A stretch of 64,000 nucleotides of DNA from Mobula hypostoma. Its lineage: Eukaryota. The notes under the pieces were generated by a model. That model did not search any database, was not told the DNA's origin, and saw only the letters and a list, made by a program, of their open reading frames with translations. The position numbers and the translations under genes are program-made. Positions 11,901 to 24,790 of the stretch are shown piece after piece (the first letter of the stretch is position 1; every line of letters begins with the position of its first letter). The stretch is from positions 310,001 to 374,000 of the forward strand of contig NC_086109.1 of assembly GCF_963921235.1 (NCBI RefSeq). The letters are read 5' to 3'.

Positions 11901-12895
11901 TGAGGGTTGTGTCACTGTACAGTGAGAGTGAGGTGTGAGGGTTGTGTCAATGTACAGTGAGGGTGAGGTGTGAGGGTTGTGTCACTGTACAGTGAGGGGT
12001 GAGGGGTGTATCAGTGTAGAGTGAGGGCTGAGGGGTGTGTCACTGCATGGTGTGGGGTGAAGGGTGTGTCAGTCTACAGTGTGGTGTTAGGGTTGTGTCA
12101 CTGTACAGTGAGGGGTGAGGGTTGTGTCATTGTACAGTGGGGGTGAGGTGTGAGGGTTGTGTCAGTGTACAGTGAGGGGTGAGGTGTGAGGGTTGTGTCA
12201 GTGTACAGTGAGGGGTGAGGTGTGAGGGTTGTGTCACTGTACGGTGAGGTGTGAGGGGTGTGTCACTGTACGGTGAGGTGTGAGGGGTGAGGGTTGTGTC
12301 AGTGTACAGTGAGGGGTGAGGTGTGAGGGTTGTGTCAGTGTACAGTGAAGGTGAGGTGTGAAGGTTGTGTCAGTGTACAGTGAGGGGTGAGGGTTGTGTA
12401 CTGTACAGTGAGGGGTGAGTGTTGTGTCACTGTACAGTGAGGGGTGAGGTGTGAGGGTTGTGTCACTGTACAGTGAGGGATGAGGGTTGTGTCACTGTAC
12501 AGTGAGGGGTGAGGTGTGAGGGTTGTGTCACTGTACAGTGAGGGGTGAGGGGTGAGGGTTGTGTCACTGTACAGTGAGGGTCAGGTGTGAGGGTTGTGTC
12601 AGTGTACAGTGAGGGTGAGGTGTGAGGGTTGTGTCACTGTACAGTGATGGGTGAGGTGTGAGGGTTGTGTCACTGTACAGTGATGGGTGAGGTGTGAGGG
12701 TTGTGTCACTGTACAGTTAGGGTGTGGTGTGAGGGGTGTGTCAGTGTACAGTGAGGGGTGAGGGGTGTATCAGTATAGAGTGAGGGCTCAGGGGTGTGTC
12801 AGTGCATGGTGTGGGGTGAAGGGGGTTGCAGTCTACAGTGCGGTGTGTGGAGTGAGCATGTGTCAATATACAGTCTAGGTTGAGGAGTCAGCGGT
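8970..12895 (+). repeat. Satellite A, ~35-bp unit gtgtca(c/g)tgtacagtgagggtgaggtgtgagggtt
   Basis: About 100 tandem units; a variant block (gaggggtgtatcagtgtagagtgagggctg...) recurs near 10020, 10911, 11403, 12001 and 12760. Confidence 0.97.
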
Positions 12896-15800
12896 GTGTC
12901 AGTATCACAGTGAGGATTGTCTCAGTATCACAGTGAGGATTGTGTCAGTCTCACAGTGAGGGGTGTGTCAGTCTCACAGTGAGGATTGTGTCAGTCTCAC
13001 AGTGAGGGGTGTGTCAGTCTCACAGTGAGGATTGTGTCAGTCTCACAGTGAGGATTGTGTCAGTCTCACAGCGAGGATTGTGTCAGTATCACAGTGAGGG
13101 GTGTGTCAGTATCACAGTGAGGATTGTGTCAGTCTCACAGTGAGGGGTGTGTCAGTCTCACAGTCAGGGGTGTGTCAGTATGACAGTGAGGATTGTGTCA
13201 GTCTCACAGTGAGGATTGTGTCAGTCTCATAGTGAGGGTGTGTCAGTCTCACAGTGAGGGATGTGTCAGTCTCACAGTGAGGATTGTGTCAGTATCACAG
13301 TGAGGATTGCGTCATTCTCACAGTGAGGGGTGTGTCAGCCTCACAGTGAGGGGTCTGTCAGACTCACAGAGAGGATTGTGTCAGTCTCACAGTGAGGGGT
13401 GTATCAGTATCACAGTGAGGGATGTGTCAGTATCACAGTGAGGATTGTGTCAGTTTCACAGTGAGGATTGTGTCAGTCTCACAGCGAGGATTGTGTCTGC
13501 ATCATAGTGAGCATTGTGTCAGTATCACAGTGAGGATTGTGTCAGTATCACAGTGAGGAATGTGTCGGTCTCACAGTAAGGGGAGTGTCAGTCTCACAGT
13601 GAGGATTGTGTCAGTCTCACAGTGAGGGGAGTGTCAGTCTCACAGTGAGGATTGTGTCAATATCACAGTGAGGATTGTGTCAGTCTCACAGTGAGGATTT
13701 TGTCAGTATCACAGTGAGGATTGTGTCAGTCTCACAGTGAGGATTTTGTCAGTATCACAGTGAGGATTGTGTCAGTATCACAGTGAGGGGTGTGTCAATC
13801 TCACAGTGAGGATTTTGTCAGTATCACAGTGAGGATTGTGTCAGTATCACAGTGAGGGGTGTGTCAGTATCACAGTCAGGATTGTATCAGGATCACAGTG
13901 AGGGGTGTGTCAGTTTCACAGTGAGGGGTGTGTCAGTCTCACAGCGAGGATTGTGTCAGTCTCACAGCGAGGGGTGTATCAGTATCACAGTGAGGGATGT
14001 GTCAGTATCACATTGAGGATTGTGTCAGTCTCACAGTGAGGATTTTGTCAGTCTCACAGTGAGGGGTGTGCCAGCCTCACAGTGAGGGGTCTGTCAGACT
14101 CACAGAGAGGATTGCGTCAGTCTCACAGTGAGGGGTGTATCAGTATCACAGTGAGGGCTGTGTCAGTATCACATTGAGGATTGTGTCAGTCTCACAGTGA
14201 GGATTGTGTCAGTCTCACAGTGAGGATTGTGTCCGTCTCACAGTGAGGGGTGTGTCAGTCTCACAGTGACGATTGTGTCTGCATCATAGTGAGCATTGTG
14301 TCAGTATTACAGTGAGGATTGTGTCAGTATCACAGTGAGGAATGTGTCAGTATCACAGTGAGGGGAGTGTCAGTCTCACAGTGAGGATTGTGTCAGTCTC
14401 TCATTGAGGGGAGTGTCAGTCTCACAGTGAGGATTGTGTCAGTATCACAGTGAGGATTGTGTCAGTCTCCAGTGAGGATTTTGTCAGTATCACAGTGAGG
14501 ATTGTGTCAGTATCACAGTGAGGGGTGTGTCAGTATCACAGTGAGCATTTTATCAGTATCACAGTGAGGGGTGTGTCAGTCTCACAGTGTGGGGTGTGTC
14601 AGTCTCACAGCGAGGATTGTGTCAGTCTCACAGCGAGGGGTGTATCAGTATCACAGTGAGGGATGTGTCAGTATCACAGTGAGGATTGGGTCTGCATCAT
14701 AGTGAGCATTGTGTCAGTATCACAGTGAGGATTGTGTCAGTATCACAGTGATAATGTGTCAGTCTCACAGTGAGGGGAGTGTCAGTCTCACAGTGAGGAT
14801 TGTGTCAGTCTTACAGTGAGGATTGTGTCAGTCTCACAGTGAGGATTGTGTCAGTCTCATAGTGGGGATTGTGTCAGTCTCACAGTGAGGATTGTATCAG
14901 TCTCACAGTGAGGGGTGTGTCAGTCTCACAGTGAGGGGTGTGTCAGTCTCACAGTGAGGATTGTGTCAGTCTCACAGTGAGGGGTGTGTCAGTCTCACAG
15001 TGAGGGGTGTGTCAGTATGACAGTGAGGATTGCGTCAGTCTCACAGTGAGGGGAGTGTCAGTCTCACAGTGAGGGATGTGTCAGTCTCACAGTGAGGATT
15101 GTGTCAGTCTCACAGTGAGGATTGTGTCAGTCTCACAGTGAGGATTTTGTCAGTATCACAGTGAGGATTGTGTCAGTATCACAGTGAGGGGTGTGTCAAT
15201 CTCACAGTGAGGATTTTGTCAGTATCACAGTGAGGATTGTGTCAGTATCACAGTGAGGGGTGTGTCAGTATCACAGTCAGGATTGTATCAGGATCACAGT
15301 GAGGGGTGTGTCAGTTTCACAGTGAGGGGTGTGTCAGTCTCACAGCGAGGATTGTGTCAGTCTCACAGCGAGGGGTGTATCAGTATCACAGTGAGGGATG
15401 TGTCAGTATCACATTGAGGATTGTGTCAGTCTCACAGTGAGGATTTTGTCAGTCTCACAGTGAGGGGTGTGTCAGCCTCACAGTGAGGGGTCTGTCAGAC
15501 TCACAGAGAGGATTGCGTCAGTCTCACAGTGAGGGGTGTATCAGTATCACAGTGAGGGCTGTGTCAGTATCACATTGAGGATTGTGTCAGTCTCACAGTG
15601 AGGATTGTGTCAGTCTCACAGTGAGGATTGTGTCCGTCTCACAGTGAGGGGTGTGTCAGTCTCACAGTGACGATTGTGTCTGCATCATAGTGAGCATTGT
15701 GTCAGTATTACAGTGAGGATTGTGTCAGTATCACAGTGAGGAATGTGTCAGTATCACAGTGAGGGGAGTGTCAGTCTCACAGTGAGGATTGTGTCAGTCT

Positions 15801-18800
15801 CACATTGAGGGGAGTGTCAGTCTCACAGTGAGGATTGTGTCAGTATCACAGTGAGGATTGTGTCAGTCTCCAGTGAGGATTTTGTCAGTATCACAGTGAG
15901 GATTGTGTCAGTATCACAGTGAGGGGTGTGTCAGTATCACAGTGAGCATTTTATCAGTATCACAGTGAGGGGTGTGTCAGTCTCACAGTGTGGGGTGTGT
16001 CAGTCTCACAGCGAGGATTGTGTCAGTCTCACAGCGAGGGGTGTATCAGTATCACAGTGAGGGATGTGTCAGTATCACAGTGAGGATTGGGTCTGCATCA
16101 TAGTGAGCATTGTGTCAGTATCACAGTGAGGATTGTGTCAGTATCACAGTGATAATGTGTCAGTCTCACAGTGAGGGGAGTGTCAGTCTCACAGTGAGGA
16201 TTGTGTCAGTCTTACAGTGAGGATTGTGTCAGTCTCACAGTGAGGATTGTGTCAGTCTCATAGTGGGGATTGTGTCAGTCTCACAGTGAGGATTGTATCA
16301 GTCTCACAGTGAGGGGTGTGTCAGTCTCACAGTGAGGGGTGTGTCAGTCTCACAGTGAGGATTGTGTCAGTCTCACAGTGAGGGGTGTGTCAGTCTCACA
16401 GTGAGGGGTGTGTCAGTATGACAGTGAGGATTGCGTCAGTCTCACAGTGAGGGGAGTGTCAGTCTCACAGTGAGGGATGTGTCAGTCTCACAGTGAGGAT
16501 TGTGTCAGTCTCACAGTGAGGATTGTGTCAGTCTCACAGTGAGGATTTTGTCAGTATCACAGTGAGGATTGTGTCAGTATCACAGTGACGGGTGTATCAG
16601 TATCACAGTGAGGATTTTATCAGTATCACAGTGAGGGGTGTGTCAGTCTCACAGTGAGGGGTGTGTCAGTCTCACAGCGAGGATTGTGTCAGTCTCACAG
16701 CGAGGTGTGTATCAGTATCACAGTGAGGGATGTGTCAGTATCACAGTGAGGATTGTGTCAGTCTCACAGTGAAGATTGTGTCAGTATCACAGTGAGGGGT
16801 GTGTCAGTATCACAGTGAGGATTGTGTCAGTCTCACAGTGAGGATTGTGTCAGTCTCACAGTGAGGATTGCGTCAGTCTCACAGTGAGGGATGTGTCAGT
16901 CTCACAGTGAGGATTGTGTCAGTCTCACAGTGAGGGATTGTGTCAGTCTCACAGGGAGGATTGTGTCAGTCTCACAGTGAGGATTGTGTCAGCCTCACAG
17001 TGAGGGGACTGTCAGACTCACAGAGAGGATTGTGTCAGTCTCACAGTGAGGGGTGTATCAGTATCACAGTGAGGGATGTGTCAGTATCACATTGAGGATT
17101 GTGTCAGTCTCACAGTGAGGATTGTGTCAGACTCACAGTGAGGATTGTGTCTGCATCACAGTGAGCATTGTGTCAGTATCACAGTGAGGATTGTGTCAGT
17201 CTCATAGTGAGGATTGTGTCAGTCTCACAGTGAGGGATGTGTCAGTCTCACAGTGAGGGATGTGTCAGTCTCACAGTGAGGACTGTTTCAGTCTCACAGT
17301 GAGGGGAGTGTCAGTCTCACAGTGAGGGGAGTGTCAGTCTCACAGTGAGGATTGTGGCAGTCTCACAGTGAGGGGTGTGTCAGTATGACAGTGAGGATTG
17401 TGTCAGTCTCACAGTCAGGGGAGTGTCAGTCTCACAGTGAGGGATGTGTCAGTCTCACAGTGAGGATTGTGTCAGTCTCACAGTAAGGGATGTGTCAGTC
17501 TCACAGTGAGGGATGTGTCAGTCTCACAGTGAAGATTGTGTCAGTATCACAGTGAGGGGTGTGTCAGTATCACAGTGAGGATTGTGTCAGTCTCACAGTG
17601 AGGATTGTGTCAGTCTCACAGTGAGGATTGCGTCAGTCTCACAGTGAGGATTGCGTCAGTCTCACAGTGAGGGATGTGTCAGTCTCACAGTGAGGATTGT
17701 GTCAGTCTCACAGTGAGGGATTGTGTCAGTCTCACAGTGAGGATTGTGTCAGTCTCACAGTGAGGATTGTGTCAGCCTCACAGTGAGGGGACTGTCAGAC
17801 TGACAGAGAGGATTGTGTCAGTCTCACAGTGAGGGGTGTATCAGTATAACAGTGAGGGATGTGTCAGTATCACATTGAGGATTGTGTCAGTCTCACAGTG
17901 AGGATTGTGTCAGTCTCACAGTGAGGATTGCGTCAGTCTCACAGTGAGGATTGCGTCATTCTCACAGTGAGGGATGTGTCAGTCTCACAGTGAGGATTGT
18001 GTCAGTCTCACAGTGAGGATTGTGTCAGTCTCACAGTGAGGATTGTGTCAGCCTCACAGTGAGGGGACTGTCAGACTCACAGAGAGGATTGTGTCAGTCT
18101 CACAGTGAGGGGTGTATCAGTATCACAGCGAGGGATGTGTCAGTATCACAGTGAGGATTGTGTCAGTCTCACAGTGAGGATTGTGTCAGTCTCACAGTGA
18201 GAGGTGTGTCAGTCTCACAGTGAGGACTGTGTCTGCATCATAGTGAGCATTGTGTCAGTATCACAGTGAGGATTGTGTCAGTCTCACAGTGAGGATTTTG
18301 TCAGTATCACAGTGAGGATTGTATCAGTCTCACTGTGAGGGGAGTGTCAGTCTCACACTGAGGATTGTGTCAGTATCACAGTGAGGATTGTGTCAGTCTC
18401 ACAGTGAGGATTTTGTCAGTATCACAGTGAGGATTGTGTCAGTATCACAGTGAGGATTGTATCAGTATCACAGTGAGGGGTGTGTGAGTCTCACAGTGAG
18501 GGGTGTGTCAGTCTAACAGCGAGGATTGTGTCAGTCTCACAGCGAGTGTTGTATCAGTATCACAGTGAGGGATGTGACAGTATCACAGTGAGGATTGTGT
18601 CAGTCTCACAGTGAGGGGTGTGTCAGTCTCACAGTGAGGATTGTGTCTGCATCATAGTGAGCATTGTGTCAGTATCACAGTGAGGATTGTGTCAGTATCA
18701 CAGTGAGGAATGTGTCAGTCTCACAGTGAGGGGAGTGTCAGTCTCACAGTGAGGATTGTGTCAGTCTCACAGTGAGGGGATTGTCAGTCTCACAGTGAGG

Positions 18801-21800
18801 ATTGTGTCAGTATCAAAGTGAGGATTGTGTCAGTCTCACATTGAGGATTGTGACAGTCTCATAGTGGGGATTGTGTCAGTCTCACAGTGAGGATTGTGTT
18901 AGTCTCACAGTGAGGGATGTGTCAGTCTCACAGTGAGGATTGTGTCAGTCTCACAGTGAGGATTGTGTCAGTATCACACTGAGGATTGTGTCAGTCTCAC
19001 AGTGAGGAATTTGTCAGTATGACAGTGAGGATTGTGTCAGTATCACAGTGAGGGGAGTGTCAGTCTCACAGTGAGGATTGTGTCAGTCTCACAGTGAGGA
19101 TTGTGTCAGTCTCACAGTGAGGATTTTGTCAGTATCACAGTGAGGATTGTGTCAGTATCACAGTGACGGGTGTATCAGTATCACAGTGAGGATTTTATCA
19201 GTATCACAGTGAGGGGTGTGTCAGTCTCACAGTGAGGGGTGTGTCATCCTCACAGCGAGGATTGTGTCAGTCTCACAGCGAGGTGTGTATCAGTATCACA
19301 GTGAGGATTGTGTCAGTCTCACAGTGAGGGCTGTGTCAGTCTCACAGTGAGAATTGTGTCAGTATCACAGTGAGGAATGTGTCAGTCTCACAGTGAGGGG
19401 AGTGTCAGTCTCACAGTGTGGATTGTGTCAGTCTCACAGTGAGGGGAGTGTCAGTCTCACAGTGAGGATTGTATCAGTCTCACAGTGAGGGGTGTGTCAG
19501 TCTCACATTGAGGGGTGTGTCAGTCTCACAGTGAGGATTATGTCAGTCTCACAGTGAGGGGTGTGTCAGTCTCACAGTGAGGATTGTGTCAGTCTCACAG
19601 TGAGGGGAGTGTCAGTTTCACAGTGAGGGATGTGTCAGTCTCACAGTGGGGATTGTGTCAGTCTCACAGTGAGGGATGTGTCAGTCTCACAGTGAGGATT
19701 GTGTCAGTCTCACAGTAAGGGATGTGTCAGTCTCACAGTGAGGGATGTGTCAGTCTCACAGTGAGGATTGTGTTAGTCTCACAGTGAGGATTGTGTCAGT
19801 ATCACAGTGAGGGGTGTGTCAGTATCACAGTGAGGATTGTGTCAGTCTCACAGTGAGGATTGCGTCAGTCTCACAGTGAGGATTGTGTCAGTCTCACAGT
19901 GAGGATTTTGTCAGTATGACAGTGAGGATTGTGTCAGTATCACAGTGAGGGGAGTGTCAGTCTCACAGTGAGGGATGTGTCAGTCTCACAGTGAAGATTG
20001 TGTCAGTCTCACAGTGAGGATTGTGTCAGTCTCACAGTGAGGATTGTGTCAGTCTCACAGTGAGGGATTGTGTCAGTCTCACAGTGAGGATTGTGTCAGT
20101 CTCACAGTGAGGGATGTGTCATTCTCACAGTGAGGATTGTGTCAGTCTCACAGTGAGGATTTTGTCAGTATGACAGTGAGGATTGTGTCAGTATCACAGT
20201 GAGGGGAGTGTCAGTCTCACAGTGAGGGATGTGTCAGTCTCACAGTGAGGATTGTGTCAGTCTCACAGTGAGGATTGTGTCAGTCTCACAGTGAGGATTT
20301 TGTCAGTATCACAGTGCGGATTGTGTCAGTATCACAGTGACGGGTGTATCAGTATCACAGTGAGGATTTTATCAGTATCACAGTGAGGGGTGTGTCAGTC
20401 TCACAGTGAGGTGTGTGTCAGTCTCACAGCGAGGATTGTGTCAGTCTCACAGCGAGGTGTGTATCAGTATCACAGTGAGGGATGTGTCAGTATCACAGTG
20501 AGGATTGTGTCAGTCTCACAGTGAGGATTGTGTCAGTCTCACAGTGAGGGCTGTGTCAGTCTCACAGTGAGCATTGTGTCAGTATCACAGTGAGGGATGT
20601 GTCAGTCTCACAGTGAGGGGAGTGTCAGTCTCACAGAGAGGATTGTGTCTGTCTCACAGTGAGGGGAGTGTCAGTCTCACAGTGAGGATTGTGGCAGTCT
20701 CACAGTGAGGATTGTATCAGTCTCACAGTGAGGGGTGTGTCAGTCTCACCGTGAGGATTATGTCAGTCTCACAGTGAGGATTGTGTCAGCCTCACAGTGA
20801 GGGGACTGTCAGACTCACAGAGAGGATTGTGTCAGTCTCACAGTGAGGGGCGTATCAGTATCACAGTGAGGGATGTGTCAGTATCACATTGAGGATTGTG
20901 TCAGTATCACAGTGAGGATTGTGTCAGTCTCACAGTGAGGATTGTGTCAGTCTCACAGTGAGGGATGTGTCAGTCTCACAGAGAGGATTGTGTCAGTCTC
21001 ACAGTGAGGGGAGTGTCAGTCTCACAGTGAGGATTGTGGCAGTCTCACAGTGAGGATTGTATCAGTCTCACAGTGAGGGGTGTGTCAGTCTCACCGTGAG
21101 GATTATGTCAGTCTCACAGTGAGGATTGTGTCAGCCTCACAGTGAGGGGACTGTCAGACTCACAGAGAGGATTGTGTCAGTCTCACAGTGAGGGGCGTAT
21201 CAGTATCACAGTGAGGGATGTGTCAGTATCACAGTGAGCATTGTGTCAGTATCACAGTGAGGATTGTGTCAGTCTCACAGTGAGGATTGTGTCAGTCTCA
21301 CAGTGAGGGATGTGTCAGTCTCACAGTGAGGATTGTGTCAGTATCACAGTGAGGGGTGTGTCAGTCTCACAGTGAGGATTGTGTCAGTCTCACAGTGAGA
21401 ATTGCGTCAGTCTGACAGTGAGAATTGTGTCAGTCTCACAGTGAGGATTGCGTCAGTCTCACCGTTAGGGATGTGTCAGTCTCAGTGAGGATTGTGTCAG
21501 TCTCACAGTGAGGGATGTGTCAGTCTCACAGTGAGGGGAGTGTCAGTCTCACAGTGAGGATTGTGTCAGTCTCACAGTGAGGGGTGTGTCAGTCTCACAG
21601 TGCGGATTGTGTCAGTCTCACAGTGAGGATTGCGTCAGCCTCACAGTGAGGGTGTGTCAGCCTCACAGTGAGGGGACTGTCAGACTGACAGAGAGGATTG
21701 TGTCAGTCTCACAGTGAGGGGTGTATCAGTATCACAGCGAGGGATGTGTCAGTATAACAGTGAGGATTGTGTCAGTCTCACAGTGAGGATTGTGTCAGTC

Positions 21801-23358
21801 TCACAGTGAGGGGTGTGTCAGTCTCACAGTGAGGATTGTGTCTGCATCATAGTGAGCATTGTGTCAGTATCACAGTGAGGAATGTGTCAGTCTCACTGTG
21901 AGGGGAGTGTCAGTCTTACAGTGAGGATTGTGTCAGTCTCACAGTGAGGGGAGTGTCAGTCTCACACTGAGGATTGTGTCAGTATCACAGTGAGGATTGT
22001 GTCAGTCTCACAGTGAGGATTTTGTCAGTATCACAGTGAGGATTGTGTCAGTATCACAGTGAGGATTGTATCAGTATCACAGTGAGGGGTGTGTCAGTCT
22101 CACAGTGAGGGGTGTGTCAGTCTCACAGCGAGGATTGTGTCAGTCTCACAGCGAGGGTTGTATCAGTATTACAGTGAGGGATGTGACAGTATCACAGTGA
22201 GGATTGTGTCAGTCTCACAGTGAGGATTGTGTCAGTCTCACAGTGAGGGGTGTGTCAGTCTCACAGTGAGGATTGTGTCTGCATCATAGTGAGCATTGTG
22301 TCAGTATCACAGTGAGGATTGTGTCAGTATCACAGTGAGGAATGTGTCAGTCTCACAGTGAGGGGAGTGTCAGTCTCACAGTGAGGATTGTGTCAGTCTC
22401 ACAGTGAGGGGATTGTCAGTCTCACAGTGAGGATTGTGTCAGTATCACAGTGAGGATTGTGTCAGTCTCACAGTGAGGATTGTGACAGTCTCATAGTGGG
22501 GATTGTGTCAGTCTCACAGTGAGGATTGTGTCAGTCTCACAGTGAGGGGTGTGTCAGTATGACAGTGAGGATTTTGTCAGTCTCACAGTGAGGGATGTGT
22601 CAGTCTCACAGTGAGGATTGGGTCAGTCTCACAGTGAGGATTGTGTCAGTCTCACAGTGAGGATTGTGTCAGTATCACAGTGAGGATTGTGTCAGTATCA
22701 CATTGAGGATTGTGTCAGTCTCACAGTGAGGATTGTGTCAGACTCACAGTGAGGATTGTGTCTGCATCACAGTGAGCATTGTGTCAGTATCACAGTGAGG
22801 ATTGTGTCAGTCTCACAGTGAGGATTGTGTCAGTCTCACAGTGAGGGATGTGTCAGTCTCACAGTGAGGGATGTGTCAGTCTCACAGTGAGGGATGTGTC
22901 AGTCTCACAGTGAGGATTGTGTCAGTATCACAGTGAGGGGTGTGTCAGTCTCACAGTGAGGATTGTGTCAGTCTCACAGTGAGAATTGCGTCAGTCTGAC
23001 AGTGAGGATTGTGTCAGTCTCACAGTGAGGATTGCGTCAGTCTCACCGTTAGGGATGTGTCAGTCTCAGTGAGGATTGTGTCAGTCTCACAGTGAGGGAT
23101 GTGTCAGTCTCACAGTGAGGATTGTGTCAGTCTCACAGTGAGGATTGTGTCAGTCCCACAGTGAGGGGTGTGTCAGTCTCACAGTGCGGATTGTGTCAGT
23201 CTCACAGTGAGGATTGCGTCAGCCTCACAGTGAGGGTGTGTCAGCCTCACAGTGAGGGGACTGGCATACTGACAGAGAGGATTGTGTCAGTCTCACAGTG
23301 AGGGGTGTATCAGTATCACAGCGAGGGATGTGTCAGTATCACAGTGAGGATTGTGTCA
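12896..23358 (+). repeat. Satellite B (left part), 23-bp unit cacagtgaggattgtgtcagtct
   Basis: Continuous 23-bp periodicity with variants (gatt/gggt/ggat; tct/tat). Confidence 0.98.
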
Positions 23359-24790
23359 TAGAAACATAGAAAATAGGTGCAGGAGTAGGCCATTCGGCCC
23401 TTCGAGCCTGCACCGCCATTTATTATGATCATGGCTGATCATCCAACTCAGAACCCAGCCTTCCCTCCATACCCCCTGACCCCTGTAGCCACAAGGGCCA
23501 TATCTAACTTCCTTTTAAACATAGCTAATGAACTGGCCTCAACAGTTTGCTGTGGCAGAGAATTCCACAGATTCACCACTCTCTGTGTGAAGAAGTTTTT
23601 CCTAACCTCGGTCCTAAAAGGCTTCCCCTCTATCCTCAAACTGTGACCCCTCGTTCTAGACCTCCCCAACATCGGGAACAATCTTCCTGCATCTAGCCTG
23701 TCCAATCCCTTTAGGATCTTATACGTTTCAATCAGATCCCCCCTCAATCTTCTAAATTCCAACGAGTACAAGCCCAGTTCATCCAGTCTTTCTTCATATG
23801 AAAGACCTGCCATCCCAGGAATCAATCTGGTGAACCTTCTTTGTACTCCCTCTATGGCAAAGATGTCTTTCCTCAGATTAGGGGACCAAAACTGCACACA
23901 ATACTCCAGGTGTGGTCTCACCAAGGCCTTGTACAACTGCAGTAGTACCTCCCTGCTCCTGTACTCGAATCCTCTCGCTATAAATGCCAGCATACCGTTC
24001 GCCTTTTTCACCGCCTGCTGTACCTGCATGCCCACTTTCAATGACTGGTGTATAATGACACCCAGGTCTCGTTGCACCTCCCCTTTTCCTAATCGGCCAC
24101 CATTCAGATAATAATCTGTTTTCCTATTTTTGCCACCAAAGTGGATAACTTCACATTTATCCACATTAAATTGCATCTGCCATGAGTTTGCCCACTCACC
24201 CAACCTATCCAAGTCACCCTGCATCCTCTTAGCATCCTCCTCACTGCTAACACTGCCACCCAGCTTCGTGTCATCCGCAAACTTGGAGATGCTGCATTTA
24301 ATTCCCTCATCCAAGTCATTAATATATATTGTAAACAACTGGGGTCCCAGCACTGAGCCTTGCGGTACCCCACTAGTCACCGCCTGCCATTCTGAAAAGG
24401 TCCCGTTTATTCCCACTCTTTGCTTCCTGTCTGCTAACCAATTCTCCACCCACACCAATACCTTACCCCCAATACCGTGTGCTTTAAGTTTGCACACTAA
24501 TCTCCTATGTGGGACCTTGTCAAAAGCCTTTTGAAAATCCAAATATACCACATCCACTGGTTCTCCCCTATCCACTCTACTAGTTACATCCTCAAAAAAT
24601 TCTATGAGATTCGTCAGACATGATTTTCCTTTCACAAATCCATGCTGACTTTGTCCGATCATTTCACTGCTTTCCAAATGTGCTGTTATCACATCCTTGA
24701 TAACTGACTCCAGCAGTTTCCCCACCACCGACGTTAGGCTAACCGGCCTATAATTCCCCGGTTTCTCTCTCCCTCCTTTTTTAAAAAGTG
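23357..24790 (-). mobile_element. Young 5'-truncated CR1 LINE with uninterrupted RT ORF
   Basis: ORF to stop at 23448: LFKKGGREKPGNYRPVSLTS, YLDFQKAFDKVPH, GVPQGSVLGP, FADDTKL; complete 3'UTR and (ttctatgt)-type tail; flanked by agtgaggattgtgtca on both sides. Confidence 0.97.

Noticed and set aside
8970..12895. Telomeric repeat or Ig switch region
   Set aside because: Only sporadic ttaggg, no (TTAGGG)n runs, no AGCT-rich switch motifs and no Ig constant exons.
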